64,000 nucleotides of DNA from Treponemataceae bacterium (GTDB lineage: Bacteria; Spirochaetota; Spirochaetia; Treponematales; Rectinemataceae), in the NCBI GenBank assembly GCA_963678065.2, contig CAXXVZ010000003.1, positions 1,568,001 through 1,632,000 of the forward strand. The letters are read 5' to 3'. The translations under genes and the position numbers were made by a program. Positions 19,883 to 28,456 of the stretch are shown piece after piece. Position 1 is the first letter of the stretch. Each line of letters begins with the position of its first letter. The notes under the pieces were generated by a model. It was not told the DNA's origin, ran no database searches, and was given only the letters and a program-made list of their open reading frames with translations.

Positions 19883-21006
19883 CAGGCCCGGCGCCTCGCC
19901 CGCTGTGCGTCCATCACGGCGGCGGCCGGCGAGTTTCTCCGCACCGCGACAATTTCGGCGAGGATGGAGACGGCGATCTCCTCCGGCGTCTCGGCGCCGA
20001 TATCTGCGCCTATCGGGGCCCGCAGCGCCTCCACCTTGGCGGGGTCGAAGCCCTCGCTCAGCACCTGGTCCATGATCATTCTCGTCTTGCGGCGCGAGCC
20101 GATGAAACCGGCGTAGCGGTACTCCCGCCCGAGAATCGCGCGCACCGATTCGAGGTCGCCCGCGTGGTTCGGACTCACGACGACCGCGTAGGTGGAGGCG
20201 CCGAAGGGATACTCCTTCACGATGTCGGCAAAATTTCCACAGCGGGTCTCCACGCCTGCGGGGAAGCGCCCCGGGTCGGCGAACTCCGGCCGCGAATCCC
20301 CCACGCAGACACGAAAACCCAACTCGAGGGCGAAGCGGGCCAGCGCCAGGCCCACGTGTCCGCCTCCGAGTATGAGAAGGCGTTCTGGAGGCTCGACCGG
20401 CTCGTAGAAAAGGCCGTCCCTTGCCGAGGTTTCGGGAACCCCCGAGGCGAGGACTGCCGATACGGCCACGCCGTCGAAATCCACCGACGCGCCGGAGGCG
20501 AGCTTCCCGCGGGAATCCAGCACGGCCAGACAGCCCCGGGGCGGCTGCAACGAAAGCCCGCCTGAGACAGACGGGCCGCTACTCCCGGCATTCCTGGCAT
20601 TCCCGCCTCCGCCGCCGCGATCTTGAGCGTTTTCGCTCACAAGGACGACGCGTTCACCTCGCTCAAGCCGCTCCGCCGCCGCGACGTAGAACGAGGGATC
20701 GGCGACATACTCGATCGCAAGGTCCACCGTGCCTCCGCAGATAGGCTCCGCCCCGAGCGCCTGCGCGCCTGTCATCTCGACGCAAAGGCCGCCTGGGCGC
20801 CTGTGCTCGATGCAGGCGCGCGCAGATTCCACTGCGCGGGACTCGACTGCCCCGCCCCCGACCGTTCCGATCGCCTGACCCTCGCCCAAGACCGCCATCT
20901 TTGCCCCGAGGTGCCTCGGCGCCGAGCCATGCAGGTCGACAACCGTGATCACGGCAACCCCGCCCCCGCTCTGTGCGACAATCTTGACTATTTCATACTG
21001 TTGCAT
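19882..21006 (-). CDS. xdhC: XdhC/CoxI family molybdenum cofactor insertion chaperone
   Basis: GSAPR..GAKM, GTVGGG.VE, CGG, LGGGHVG, Y.G.IGSRRK, APIG.DIGAETPEEIAVSILAE. Confidence 0.92.
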   Translation of the reverse strand: MQQYEIVKIVAQSGGGVAVITVVDLHGSAPRHLGAKMAVLGEGQAIGTVGGGAVESRAVESARACIEHRRPGGLCVEMTGAQALGAEPICGGTVDLAIEYVADPSFYVAAAERLERGERVVLVSENAQDRGGGGGNARNAGSSGPSVSGGLSLQPPRGCLAVLDSRGKLASGASVDFDGVAVSAVLASGVPETSARDGLFYEPVEPPERLLILGGGHVGLALARFALELGFRVCVGDSRPEFADPGRFPAGVETRCGNFADIVKEYPFGASTYAVVVSPNHAGDLESVRAILGREYRYAGFIGSRRKTRMIMDQVLSEGFDPAKVEALRAPIGADIGAETPEEIAVSILAEIVAVRRNSPAAAVMDAQRARRRA

Positions 21007-21695
21007 GACTTTACGCCTCCGTGTAGCGCTGTGGCCGCAATGATGGGAGGCACATGAGTCGCGGTGCGTGCCTCCAGAACCTCTCCTTCCCGCAGCTCGA
21101 TGATGCGGTGGCCGAGAAGTTCGGCCTCATCCCTTGAGTGCGTGACAAGGATCACACTCATCCTCAGATTTTCCCGCAGCGCGAGGAATTCGCGGTAGGT
21201 CTCCTCCCTCGTCCTGCGGTCCAGGGCGCTGAAAGGTTCATCGAGGAGGAGAACGCGCGGTTCGGTCGCAAGAGCGCGCGCCAGAGCGAGACGCTGACGC
21301 TCACCCCCGGAGAAATGCGCCGGCCGGCGTTTGCGCAGATGCGCGATGCCGAAGCGCTGCAAGTATTCGCAGGCGCGCGCTCTCCCCTCAGGCGGAAGCG
21401 CGATGGCGACGTTCTCCTCGGCCGTCAGATGAGGAAAGAGGGCGTAGTCCTGAAAGACGTAGCCGACGCCGCGCTCCCGGGGCGACAAATCGATCCCTTC
21501 CTTGGAGGAGAAGACTGTCTTTCCGTCCAGAACGATCCGTCCGCGGTCGGGTGTTGCGAGCCCCGCGATGCAGTCAAGAACAGTCGTCTTGCCTGCGCCC
21601 GATTCCCCCCACAGTATAGCCGTCATCTTCTCCACCGAGAACTGAACCCGCAGCGTGAAGAGCGGCAGCCGTTTTTCGAAACGCGCCTCGATCAC
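20988..21695 (-). CDS. modC: Molybdate ABC transporter ATPase (short, no TOBE domain)
   Basis: GESGAGKTT, VGYVFQDYALFPHL, SGGERQR, LLLDEPFSALD. Confidence 0.9.
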   Translation of the reverse strand: MIEARFEKRLPLFTLRVQFSVEKMTAILWGESGAGKTTVLDCIAGLATPDRGRIVLDGKTVFSSKEGIDLSPRERGVGYVFQDYALFPHLTAEENVAIALPPEGRARACEYLQRFGIAHLRKRRPAHFSGGERQRLALARALATEPRVLLLDEPFSALDRRTREETYREFLALRENLRMSVILVTHSRDEAELLGHRIIELREGEVLEARTATHVPPIIAATALHGGVKSCNSMK

Positions 21696-22432
21696 CGACT
21701 CACCTCGGTCTTGTCACGCTGTGCGATCCTATCCTGCGACTCGAGGGTGTCGCGCCCCGCGCGGCGGAGCGACCGCGACCTGCGCTCGCCTATGCTTACG
21801 ATCGCCACGAGGACAAAGGACAGCGCGACCGTCACGAAGAGATAGACATTCGCCTCCCGGCTGCGGCCGCCTTCGACAGCGCTGTACAGGGCGAGAGGAA
21901 TCGTCTGAGTCCTCCCCGGTATGTTGCCCGCGATCATGAGTGTCGCGCCGAATTCTCCAAGGGCCCGCGCGAAGGACAGCGCGATTCCGCTCAGTATCCC
22001 CGGGGCCGCGAGAGGGACGATGATGCGGCGAAAAACGCGCCCCTCGGCGAGTCCGAGAGTGCGCGCCGCATCGACGAGACGCGGGTCGACGCCCGAAAGA
22101 GCGGCCTTGCAGTTCTGGTACATGAGCGGCAGCGAGACCGTCACCGAAGCGATCACCGCGGCGCCCCAGGTGAAGACGACTCGCAGACCGAGGCCGGAGA
22201 GCGCCGCGCCGACAAAGCCTCTCTTGCCAAGGAGCAGAAGAAGAAGGTAGCCCGTGATCGTGGGCGGGAAGACCATGGGGAGGAGTATGATTGTCTCCCA
22301 GAACTCGCTCAAGGGCACCCGGCGGTGCGTGAACAGCCGCGCGAGGCCGAGGCCGACCGCGAGTGTCACGATCGTGGCGAGCGTCGCGACGCGGAGCGAG
22401 AGGAGAATCGGTCCCAGCGGACTCTGACTCAT
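21692..22432 (-). CDS. modB: Molybdate ABC transporter permease
   Basis: LPMVFPP.ITGY.LL, FARALGEFGATLMIAGNIPGRTQTIPLA. Confidence 0.95.
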   Translation of the reverse strand: MSQSPLGPILLSLRVATLATIVTLAVGLGLARLFTHRRVPLSEFWETIILLPMVFPPTITGYLLLLLLGKRGFVGAALSGLGLRVVFTWGAAVIASVTVSLPLMYQNCKAALSGVDPRLVDAARTLGLAEGRVFRRIIVPLAAPGILSGIALSFARALGEFGATLMIAGNIPGRTQTIPLALYSAVEGGRSREANVYLFVTVALSFVLVAIVSIGERRSRSLRRAGRDTLESQDRIAQRDKTEVSR

Positions 22433-23202
22433 CTGACGACAAAACCCGCTTCGGTGAACGCGCGCCTCGCGACGGCTCCCTGGAAGAAGGCGATGAGCTT
22501 CGCCGCCTTGTCCCTGTTCCTGGACGCGGCCACGACGGCCGCGGGGTAGAGAACGGGGGTCTTAAGGGCGCTCTCGGGGAAGAGATAGAGGCGCACGACC
22601 GGGCTGTTCGGTGCGACGGAAGCGGCGTCGGTAAGGAAGACGACACCGAGGGGCGCCGAACCCGACTCGACGAACTGGAGCACCTGCCGCACATTGCCTC
22701 CGAGAACGAGTTTCTTCTCGACGATCGGGTACAGCCCGAGCGAGGTGAAGGCCTCGACCGCGTAGCGTCCCGCGGGCACCGAATCGGGGTTTCCTATGGC
22801 GACGAGATTCGTCGCGGAAAGGAGAGATCTGAGCTCGTCGACGCTGGCAGGAGGCCTCTGCGAACCGTCGCCCACGAGGACGATGGCGTTGGAGAGGAGA
22901 TCTTTCCGGGTCCCCGGCGCGATGAGCCTGGCTTTCTCGAGTTTATCCATGTCCGAACTCGCGGCCGAAAAGAACAGATCGACGGGCGCCCCCTGCTCAA
23001 TCTGGGCCCGCAGTGTTCCGGAGCCGCCGAAGTTCATGACGATCGCCGCGTCGATGTATTTCTCCGCCTCGGGTTTCAGCGCGGAAAGGACATCGGTCAG
23101 ACTCGCCGCCGCCGACAGGACCAGCTCCGGCCTCTGCGCGGTCGCGGGAGCCGCGAGAGCGAGAATCATCGCGGCGTACAGCGCCAGTTTCTGCAATTTC
23201 AT
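22429..23202 (-). CDS. modA: Molybdate-binding periplasmic protein
   Basis: Signal peptide, then SAAASL, FGGSG.LRAQIEQGAP.DLF.SA, P.SVPAGRYA and NVRQVL. Confidence 0.93.
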   Translation of the reverse strand: MKLQKLALYAAMILALAAPATAQRPELVLSAAASLTDVLSALKPEAEKYIDAAIVMNFGGSGTLRAQIEQGAPVDLFFSAASSDMDKLEKARLIAPGTRKDLLSNAIVLVGDGSQRPPASVDELRSLLSATNLVAIGNPDSVPAGRYAVEAFTSLGLYPIVEKKLVLGGNVRQVLQFVESGSAPLGVVFLTDAASVAPNSPVVRLYLFPESALKTPVLYPAAVVAASRNRDKAAKLIAFFQGAVARRAFTEAGFVVR

Positions 23203-23774
23203 TGTTGTTCCCCTCGTATCGTCGTCTCCGAAGTCTCCGCGGCAAAATGCTCTTTGCACTCGTCCAGCCAGACGAGCATGGCTTTCAGCTGACCCAGTCT
23301 GTATCGGTACACCAGGACGTCCAACCCCCGGTCCTCTGACGCGCGGGCGCGGTCTTCCATGCCCGCGATCCACTCGGCGCAGAGCGCGCGCTGCTTCGCG
23401 AGCAGAGCCGCGGCGACTCGCGGGCCGCCCTTCTGCGCAAAATACAGCTTCGCGAGGAAGTCGAGCCTGAAGTCCCTGCGCCCGACCGGCGCGTCCAGCC
23501 ACTCCCCATACGCCGCGAGCCCCTCTTCGGTGAGATGGAACACCCTCCTGGCGGGGCGGTTCCCCAAGACGAGCGTCTCGGCGACCACGAATCCCCGTCC
23601 TTCGAGTTTGGCCATGATGGCGTAGAGCTGCGCCTGTTTCACTGTCCACACGAGGCCGAGCCCCGTTTTCCGGCTGAGTTCCTGGTGCAGTTCGTAGCCG
23701 TGCATGGGCCGCTCGCTCAAAAGGCCAAGGAGAGAGTACTCGACTGACAGAGCCGCTGAGGCAGGCTTGTTCAA
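23199..23774 (-). CDS. PadR family transcriptional regulator
   Basis: LLGLL.ERPMHGYEL, QLY....LE..G, RRVFHLTEEG...W, F.AKLYF. TTG start follows SD GAGGTG and is supported by the equivalent ATG in the second copy at 26123. The stop overlaps the modA start. Confidence 0.9.
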   Translation of the reverse strand: MNKPASAALSVEYSLLGLLSERPMHGYELHQELSRKTGLGLVWTVKQAQLYAIMAKLEGRGFVVAETLVLGNRPARRVFHLTEEGLAAYGEWLDAPVGRRDFRLDFLAKLYFAQKGGPRVAAALLAKQRALCAEWIAGMEDRARASEDRGLDVLVYRYRLGQLKAMLVWLDECKEHFAAETSETTIRGEQQ

Positions 23775-23775
23775 G

Positions 23776-23830
23776 GTACACCTCATAATACGAATACTCA
23801 ATTACTGAATATTCATATTATGAGGTATAC
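23776..23830. promoter_or_regulatory. 25-bp-arm inverted repeat containing tandem TGAATATTCA-like boxes and the padR SD
   Basis: Arms 23776-23800 and 23806-23830 match at 22/25 positions; the inner motifs recur at 26140-26162. Confidence 0.75.
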
Positions 23831-24318
23831 ATCCAAATCACATGCAGGTCAATTGGAAAAAATGGGAATGAACATGCCATCTACAGGATCCAGCCGACGA
23901 CGACAACGCTGGCAGAATATACCGGCCGCGACGGTGTCAATCGTCTCGCCACCGGCTTGCGGATCAGCGGCGACAAGGCCTTCCTTGTCGCGAACATGTT
24001 GCCGGCACCGATCCTGGTCATGTCGCTCTCGCATCCTGGGCGTCTGGTTTTCGGACAAGACCGGGAACCGTAGCCTGCCAGGAAAAGCCGTGCGCGAGGT
24101 CATTGCCGCGGCCCTGGCTGCCCATTTTCTGGAAATTGCCGACAGCTCCCAGACGTGGCCCTGCGATCTCGCCGGAGCTCAATTCGCGCATTTTCGGATT
24201 CCCACAACCCTGCCACTCCCTTTACGCGACGAACTGAAGGCAAATCCCAATGTGGTTGCAGCCAGTGCGAAGCTCGAAGGCTCAGGAGATCCGGATCGGC
24301 TTCAGGCTGGATTCTCCA

Positions 24319-24936
24319 TCACGATATCCGCTCGCACAGCGCCGATATCAGGTTGGAAGAGCGGTGCATGAAAGCGATGGCCAAGCCGTTATCCACCCTG
24401 TAGGTATAGTCGGTCTCAAACCCGTAGTGGCGATAGATCGAGATGTTTCGCGGGACGGCGGTTTCCAGATAGACAGGTACATTGGCGCGATCGGCTTCCG
24501 CGAGAACCGGTTCGAACAGTTCACGCAGTTGGCCGGTGCCGCGGGCAGTCTCGGCCACGCCTACAGTCCACAGGAACCGGTATGGACCGAGAGGAAGACG
24601 GCAGGTCAGCTCTTTTTCCGCACGCAGGCTGCGCCGGGTGGCGGTCCAGCCGCACATGAAAAGAAAGCCCGCATTGGCCGCCATGAACCGGAAGCCATGA
24701 GGTTTTGCATCATGGCGCAGCCAAAGGGCGGCAGCCTGTCCCGAATCGGTCAGCCACGCCTCGCCGATCGAGATGGCTCCGACGGCAATGTATCGCATCA
24801 GAGCCCTGCGGCGGGTAATGGCTGCCCGGGAACGTCGTGGACTTCCGATGAACCAGTCGATGTGAGGATCAAGCCGGAAGGCATCGCTCAAGAGGTCAAC
24901 CAAGTGGGGCAAATCGGCAGGGGTGGCGTGGCGCAT
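24319..24936 (-). CDS. GNAT family N-acetyltransferase
   Basis: AF..DP...W, AALW, FL.TVGV...ARG.G, VYLET....N...YRHYGF; SD AGGAG. Confidence 0.85.
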   Translation of the reverse strand: MRHATPADLPHLVDLLSDAFRLDPHIDWFIGSPRRSRAAITRRRALMRYIAVGAISIGEAWLTDSGQAAALWLRHDAKPHGFRFMAANAGFLFMCGWTATRRSLRAEKELTCRLPLGPYRFLWTVGVAETARGTGQLRELFEPVLAEADRANVPVYLETAVPRNISIYRHYGFETDYTYRVDNGLAIAFMHRSSNLISALCERIS

Positions 24937-24982
24937 GTAGTTCTCCTGCCGAAAAGGTTACGCCGGAAAGCAGGTACAGTCA

Positions 24983-24996
24983 TTGACCTTGGTTAA
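24983..24996. promoter_or_regulatory. Crp/Fnr-type site TTGAC-N4-GTTAA upstream of the GNAT gene
   Basis: Near-palindrome with Fnr-like 5-4-5 geometry lying between the Crp gene and the GNAT start. Confidence 0.6.
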
Positions 24997-25017
24997 GACG
25001 GCGAAATAAATCGCGGA

Positions 25018-25617
25018 TCAGGTTCCCCGATGCAGCCCCAGCCGCTGCCGGATGCGGCTTAGACTTTCCGGGCGGACTCCCAGCCAGGTGGAAAGAACGT
25101 GCTGCGGCACCTGGTCGGCCTTGTCGCCGAATTCCTCCATGAAACGCAGGTAGCGCACCTCGGGGCTGTCCAGCAAGAGACTTTCAGCCCGGCGATCCAG
25201 CATGACGTAGGACTGTTCGGAAAATAGCCGGGCAGCCTTCTGGAATTCAGGGTAACGGGCGACCAGGACAGCGATGGCACGCGCGCTGACCCATTCGCCC
25301 TGGGCATCATGCAGAACCTCAAAGTCGAAGCGGCTTACTTCGCCGGTGATCAGGCTTCGATAGTCGACGACCAGAGCGCCCTCGAAAAACAGGAAGTAGG
25401 TGACCTCCTGCTGCCGGTCGTTGATCGTGAAGGAGCGAATGGCCCCCTGGGAGAGGTAGACCAGAGCAGGACAGGGATAGCCAGCCCGGAAAATGCGTTC
25501 CCCTCGGGACCACTTCCGAGGGACGACGACCTGTGTCATGGCAGTGCGCGCCGCATCGCTCAGCGCAACACGGGTTTCTATCAGTTCGACAAGTCCTGAC
25601 GGAATGGCTGACAGCAT
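25018..25617 (-). CDS. Crp/Fnr family transcriptional regulator
   Basis: cNMP-binding-domain-like N-terminus; C-terminal PEVRY..F...VPQHVLSTWLGVRPESLSRIR. Confidence 0.88.
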   Translation of the reverse strand: MLSAIPSGLVELIETRVALSDAARTAMTQVVVPRKWSRGERIFRAGYPCPALVYLSQGAIRSFTINDRQQEVTYFLFFEGALVVDYRSLITGEVSRFDFEVLHDAQGEWVSARAIAVLVARYPEFQKAARLFSEQSYVMLDRRAESLLLDSPEVRYLRFMEEFGDKADQVPQHVLSTWLGVRPESLSRIRQRLGLHRGT

Positions 25618-25789
25618 TGTTAAAGCATACCATGGAAGGAAAATACCTGAGTAGGGAACTATCGGGGCGAGAGTGCATAAAACTAGACGGGAATGAGCTT
25701 TTATCTAAAACCATGAATTTAGTCATGATCGGCGCGATCACGTTGACGAGCTGCGCGAGACAAGCGATCGCCACGCGGTCCGCGTGGCG

Positions 25790-26162
25790 GGAGTATGATT
25801 GTCTCCCAGAACTCGCTCAAGGGCACCCGGCGCAGAGCGCGCGCTGCTTCGCGAGCAGAGCCGCGGCGACTCGCGGGCTGCCCTCCTGCGCAAAATACAG
25901 CTTCGCGAGGAAGTCGAGCCTGAAGTCCCTGCGCCCGACCGGCGCGTCCAGCCACTCCCCATACGCCGCGAGCCCCTCTTCAGTGAGATGGAACATCCTC
26001 CTGGCGGGGCGGTTCCCCAAGACGAGCGTCTCGGCGACCACGAATCCCCGTCCTTCGAGTTTGGCCATGATGGCGTAGAGAATACTCGACTGACAGAGCC
26101 GCAGAGGCAGGAGGATTGTCCATGTTTACCTCATGCAGTGAATACTCATTAATTGAATATTC
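25790..26162 (-). pseudogene. Decayed duplicate of the padR-modA-modB operon head
   Basis: Near-identical, in order, to 22282-22324 (modB), 23375-23627 and 23735 onward (padR and its upstream region). It carries a 1055-bp deletion and a 107-bp frameshifting deletion. Confidence 0.9.
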
Positions 26163-26295
26163 GGTAAATGAGCATAAACCCAATCTTGCGGCGGGTCAAT
26201 AAAGAAAATGGCGCGACAGAGAGAGTCCACAGAGGCAAAACGAGGGATGGATTTTCACCGGATACAACTCCGCATGCGTCACATCGAGGGGAAGA

Positions 26296-27186
26296 TCAGG
26301 TTCTCATCGCTTTGGCTGAAGTCGATACCCCTCTGTACTCCGAAGGGCTCTGTCCGAAAAACTGTCTGAACCTGCGGGAGAAATAATTGCTATCGTCGAA
26401 GCCCGAGTCGTAGGCGATATCCGTGACAGGCCGCTGTCCCCGACGAAGGAGCCCGGCGGCATATTCCAGTCTGGTCCTGATGATGTACTCGACGGGCGAC
26501 GTGCCGTAGTTTCGCACGAAAAGACGGGATAAATGCCTCGCGGAAAGCCCCGAAACCTCACAGAGGGTCCGAAGCGAGATGTCGCCGGTAAAACTCTTTT
26601 CTATCATGCTCACCGCCTTGGCCAGTTTCAGCAGACTGGATGATGTATCCTCGTCGGGAGAGCGGTAATTCCGGGACAAAAAAACGACCAATTTCAGAAA
26701 GCAGCCCACGAGCAGGGACTCGTAACCCTCCCGTCTGGCCTCGAATTCCGAGAGCATTTCATCGATCATGCTCTCGGCCAGACGCAGTTCGTGTATGGGC
26801 AGCCTGCCGGCCGGAGTGAAAGTCTGACTTCTGGGATTTCCCTGAGCCAGGGCATCGAGGATGAACAGACTCTGGAAGCCGGGAATGGTTTTGACGTCGC
26901 TCCGCAGGGTCGAAAAGAGCTCGGCATTGTAGGATATGTTGCACATGCTGAGGTTGTCCGCCTCGCCGAAGCCGTGTACGGCGCCGGGGTTGAAGACGTG
27001 GATGTCCCCGGCTTTCGCGAAATGTTCGAATTTGTCGATGCGGTGTATGCCGGTCCCGCCCAGGATGATGACCAGTTCGGAAAAATCGTGGCTGTGATCG
27101 GGGAATCGGCCGTTGACGCAGGCTTTTCCGATATGAAACAGGAAGGGAGAAGTTCCGACAGTATCTTTGAGGCGGAATTCTTTCAT
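26296..27186 (-). CDS. AraC family regulator (RhaR/RhaS-like cupin sensor)
   Basis: HSHDFSELV....G.G.H N-terminus; IAYDSGFDDSNYFSRRFRQ.FG.SP HTH. Confidence 0.93.
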   Translation of the reverse strand: MKEFRLKDTVGTSPFLFHIGKACVNGRFPDHSHDFSELVIILGGTGIHRIDKFEHFAKAGDIHVFNPGAVHGFGEADNLSMCNISYNAELFSTLRSDVKTIPGFQSLFILDALAQGNPRSQTFTPAGRLPIHELRLAESMIDEMLSEFEARREGYESLLVGCFLKLVVFLSRNYRSPDEDTSSSLLKLAKAVSMIEKSFTGDISLRTLCEVSGLSARHLSRLFVRNYGTSPVEYIIRTRLEYAAGLLRRGQRPVTDIAYDSGFDDSNYFSRRFRQFFGQSPSEYRGVSTSAKAMRT

Positions 27187-27276
27187 AATGGCCGAATTGT
27201 GCTACTCTCCGTCTCTGCAGTCAAGGCACTTATCCGGATTGGCCCCACTATGGACGAGGCATTCCGGAGGTAAACC

Positions 27277-28350
27277 ATGAGCGAGATCGCGAAGGAGAAA
27301 TGGCAGGCGACGCAGGAACGGCACCGGGCCTGGTGGCGGCGCGAGGGTTTCGTGCTGTCGCGCTGGACGCCGTACGTGGATGGTGCGTGCAGAAAGCCCC
27401 GACCGGCGGGGGTTTCGCTGTCCCGTTACTGGAACGATGTCGACATGATAGCCGAACGGGTGGCGCGGGAAGCGGCCTGCACCGAATACCCCGGAGACAT
27501 CCCTCCGATAGCCGATTTTTCCGGCTGGGGCCCAGGTACGCTCGCGATGTATCTCGGCTCAAAGCCGGATTTCGCCGCAGATACTGTCTGGTTCTTTCCC
27601 CGCGAGGACGATACCGGGGAGTGGCCGCCTTTCCGCTTCGATCCGGACAACGAATGGTGGCTCCTCCACGAGAAAACCCTGAAGGCATTGGTGAAAGCGG
27701 CGGATGGCCGATACCTCATCGGCTGTCCTGATCTGGTGGAGAATCTCGATACCCTGGCCTCATTGCGCGAAATTCAGCTTCTCATGATCGATATGATCGA
27801 ACGGCCGGAATGGGTGGAAGAGAAAATCCGCGAGATAAACGGCGTGTGGTTCGAGACCTACAGGCGGATCCGGGATATCGTGGCGGCCCCGGACGGATCG
27901 AGCGCCTACCAGGCCTTCGGTCTCTGGGGCGACGGCAGGACGGCCAAGCTGCAGTGCGACGCGTCGGCGATGATAAGCGAGGAGATGTTCGACCGCTTCG
28001 TCCTTCCTTCCCTGAGCGAGCAGGCCGCCTGGCTCGACAACGCACTCTACCACCTGGACGGAACCCAGGCGATCCGGCATCTGGACAGCCTTCTGTCGAT
28101 CCCGGGGCTCGACGCGATCGAGTGGACGCCCCAGGCCGGCATCGAGGATGGCGGCGATCCGCGATGGTACGACCTCTACAGGAGAATTCTCGCGGCCGGC
28201 AAGGCGGTGCAGGCAGTTCATGTGCGGGCGACGGAGGTCATTCCCCTTCTGGATGCCATCGGCACCGAAGGCGTCTATCTGCACCTGAGCGGCGTGGATA
28301 CGGCCCGGGAGTTCGAAGAAATCTGTGACACTGTCCGCATGAGGTTCTGA
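27277..28350 (+). CDS. UroD/methyltransferase-like TIM-barrel protein of unknown function
   Basis: LQCDASAMISEEMFDRFVLP, YHLDG, IEWTP.AG motifs; SD GGAGG; divergent from the AraC gene. Confidence 0.7.
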   Translation: MSEIAKEKWQATQERHRAWWRREGFVLSRWTPYVDGACRKPRPAGVSLSRYWNDVDMIAERVAREAACTEYPGDIPPIADFSGWGPGTLAMYLGSKPDFAADTVWFFPREDDTGEWPPFRFDPDNEWWLLHEKTLKALVKAADGRYLIGCPDLVENLDTLASLREIQLLMIDMIERPEWVEEKIREINGVWFETYRRIRDIVAAPDGSSAYQAFGLWGDGRTAKLQCDASAMISEEMFDRFVLPSLSEQAAWLDNALYHLDGTQAIRHLDSLLSIPGLDAIEWTPQAGIEDGGDPRWYDLYRRILAAGKAVQAVHVRATEVIPLLDAIGTEGVYLHLSGVDTAREFEEICDTVRMRF

Positions 28351-28389
28351 ACCGCTGCGCCATCGGATACGGAAACCAAAAAGTTTTTC

Positions 28390-28419
28390 TTGACAGAAAG
28401 GGTAAACGGGTTTTATAGT
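28390..28419 (+). promoter_or_regulatory. Putative sigma70 promoter of the LacI operon
   Basis: TTGACA-18nt-TATAGT. Confidence 0.65.
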
Positions 28420-28420
28420 T

Positions 28421-28452
28421 CTCCGTAACCGGTTACGTAACCGGTTACGGAG
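28421..28452. promoter_or_regulatory. Perfect 32-bp palindrome formed by two overlapping LacI-type operators
   Basis: CTCCGTAACCGGTTACGTAACCGGTTACGGAG; each CGTAACCGGTTACG unit has the central CG typical of LacI sites. Confidence 0.8.
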
Positions 28453-28456
28453 CAGC

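Noticed and set aside
22429..23781. 450-aa ModA ORF
   Set aside because: The extension is an off-frame read of padR; the signal peptide starts at 23202.
23776..23900. Moco/Wco riboswitch upstream of the mod genes
   Set aside because: The multi-stem consensus is not recognisable by eye; only a simple inverted repeat is seen. An Infernal search would settle it.
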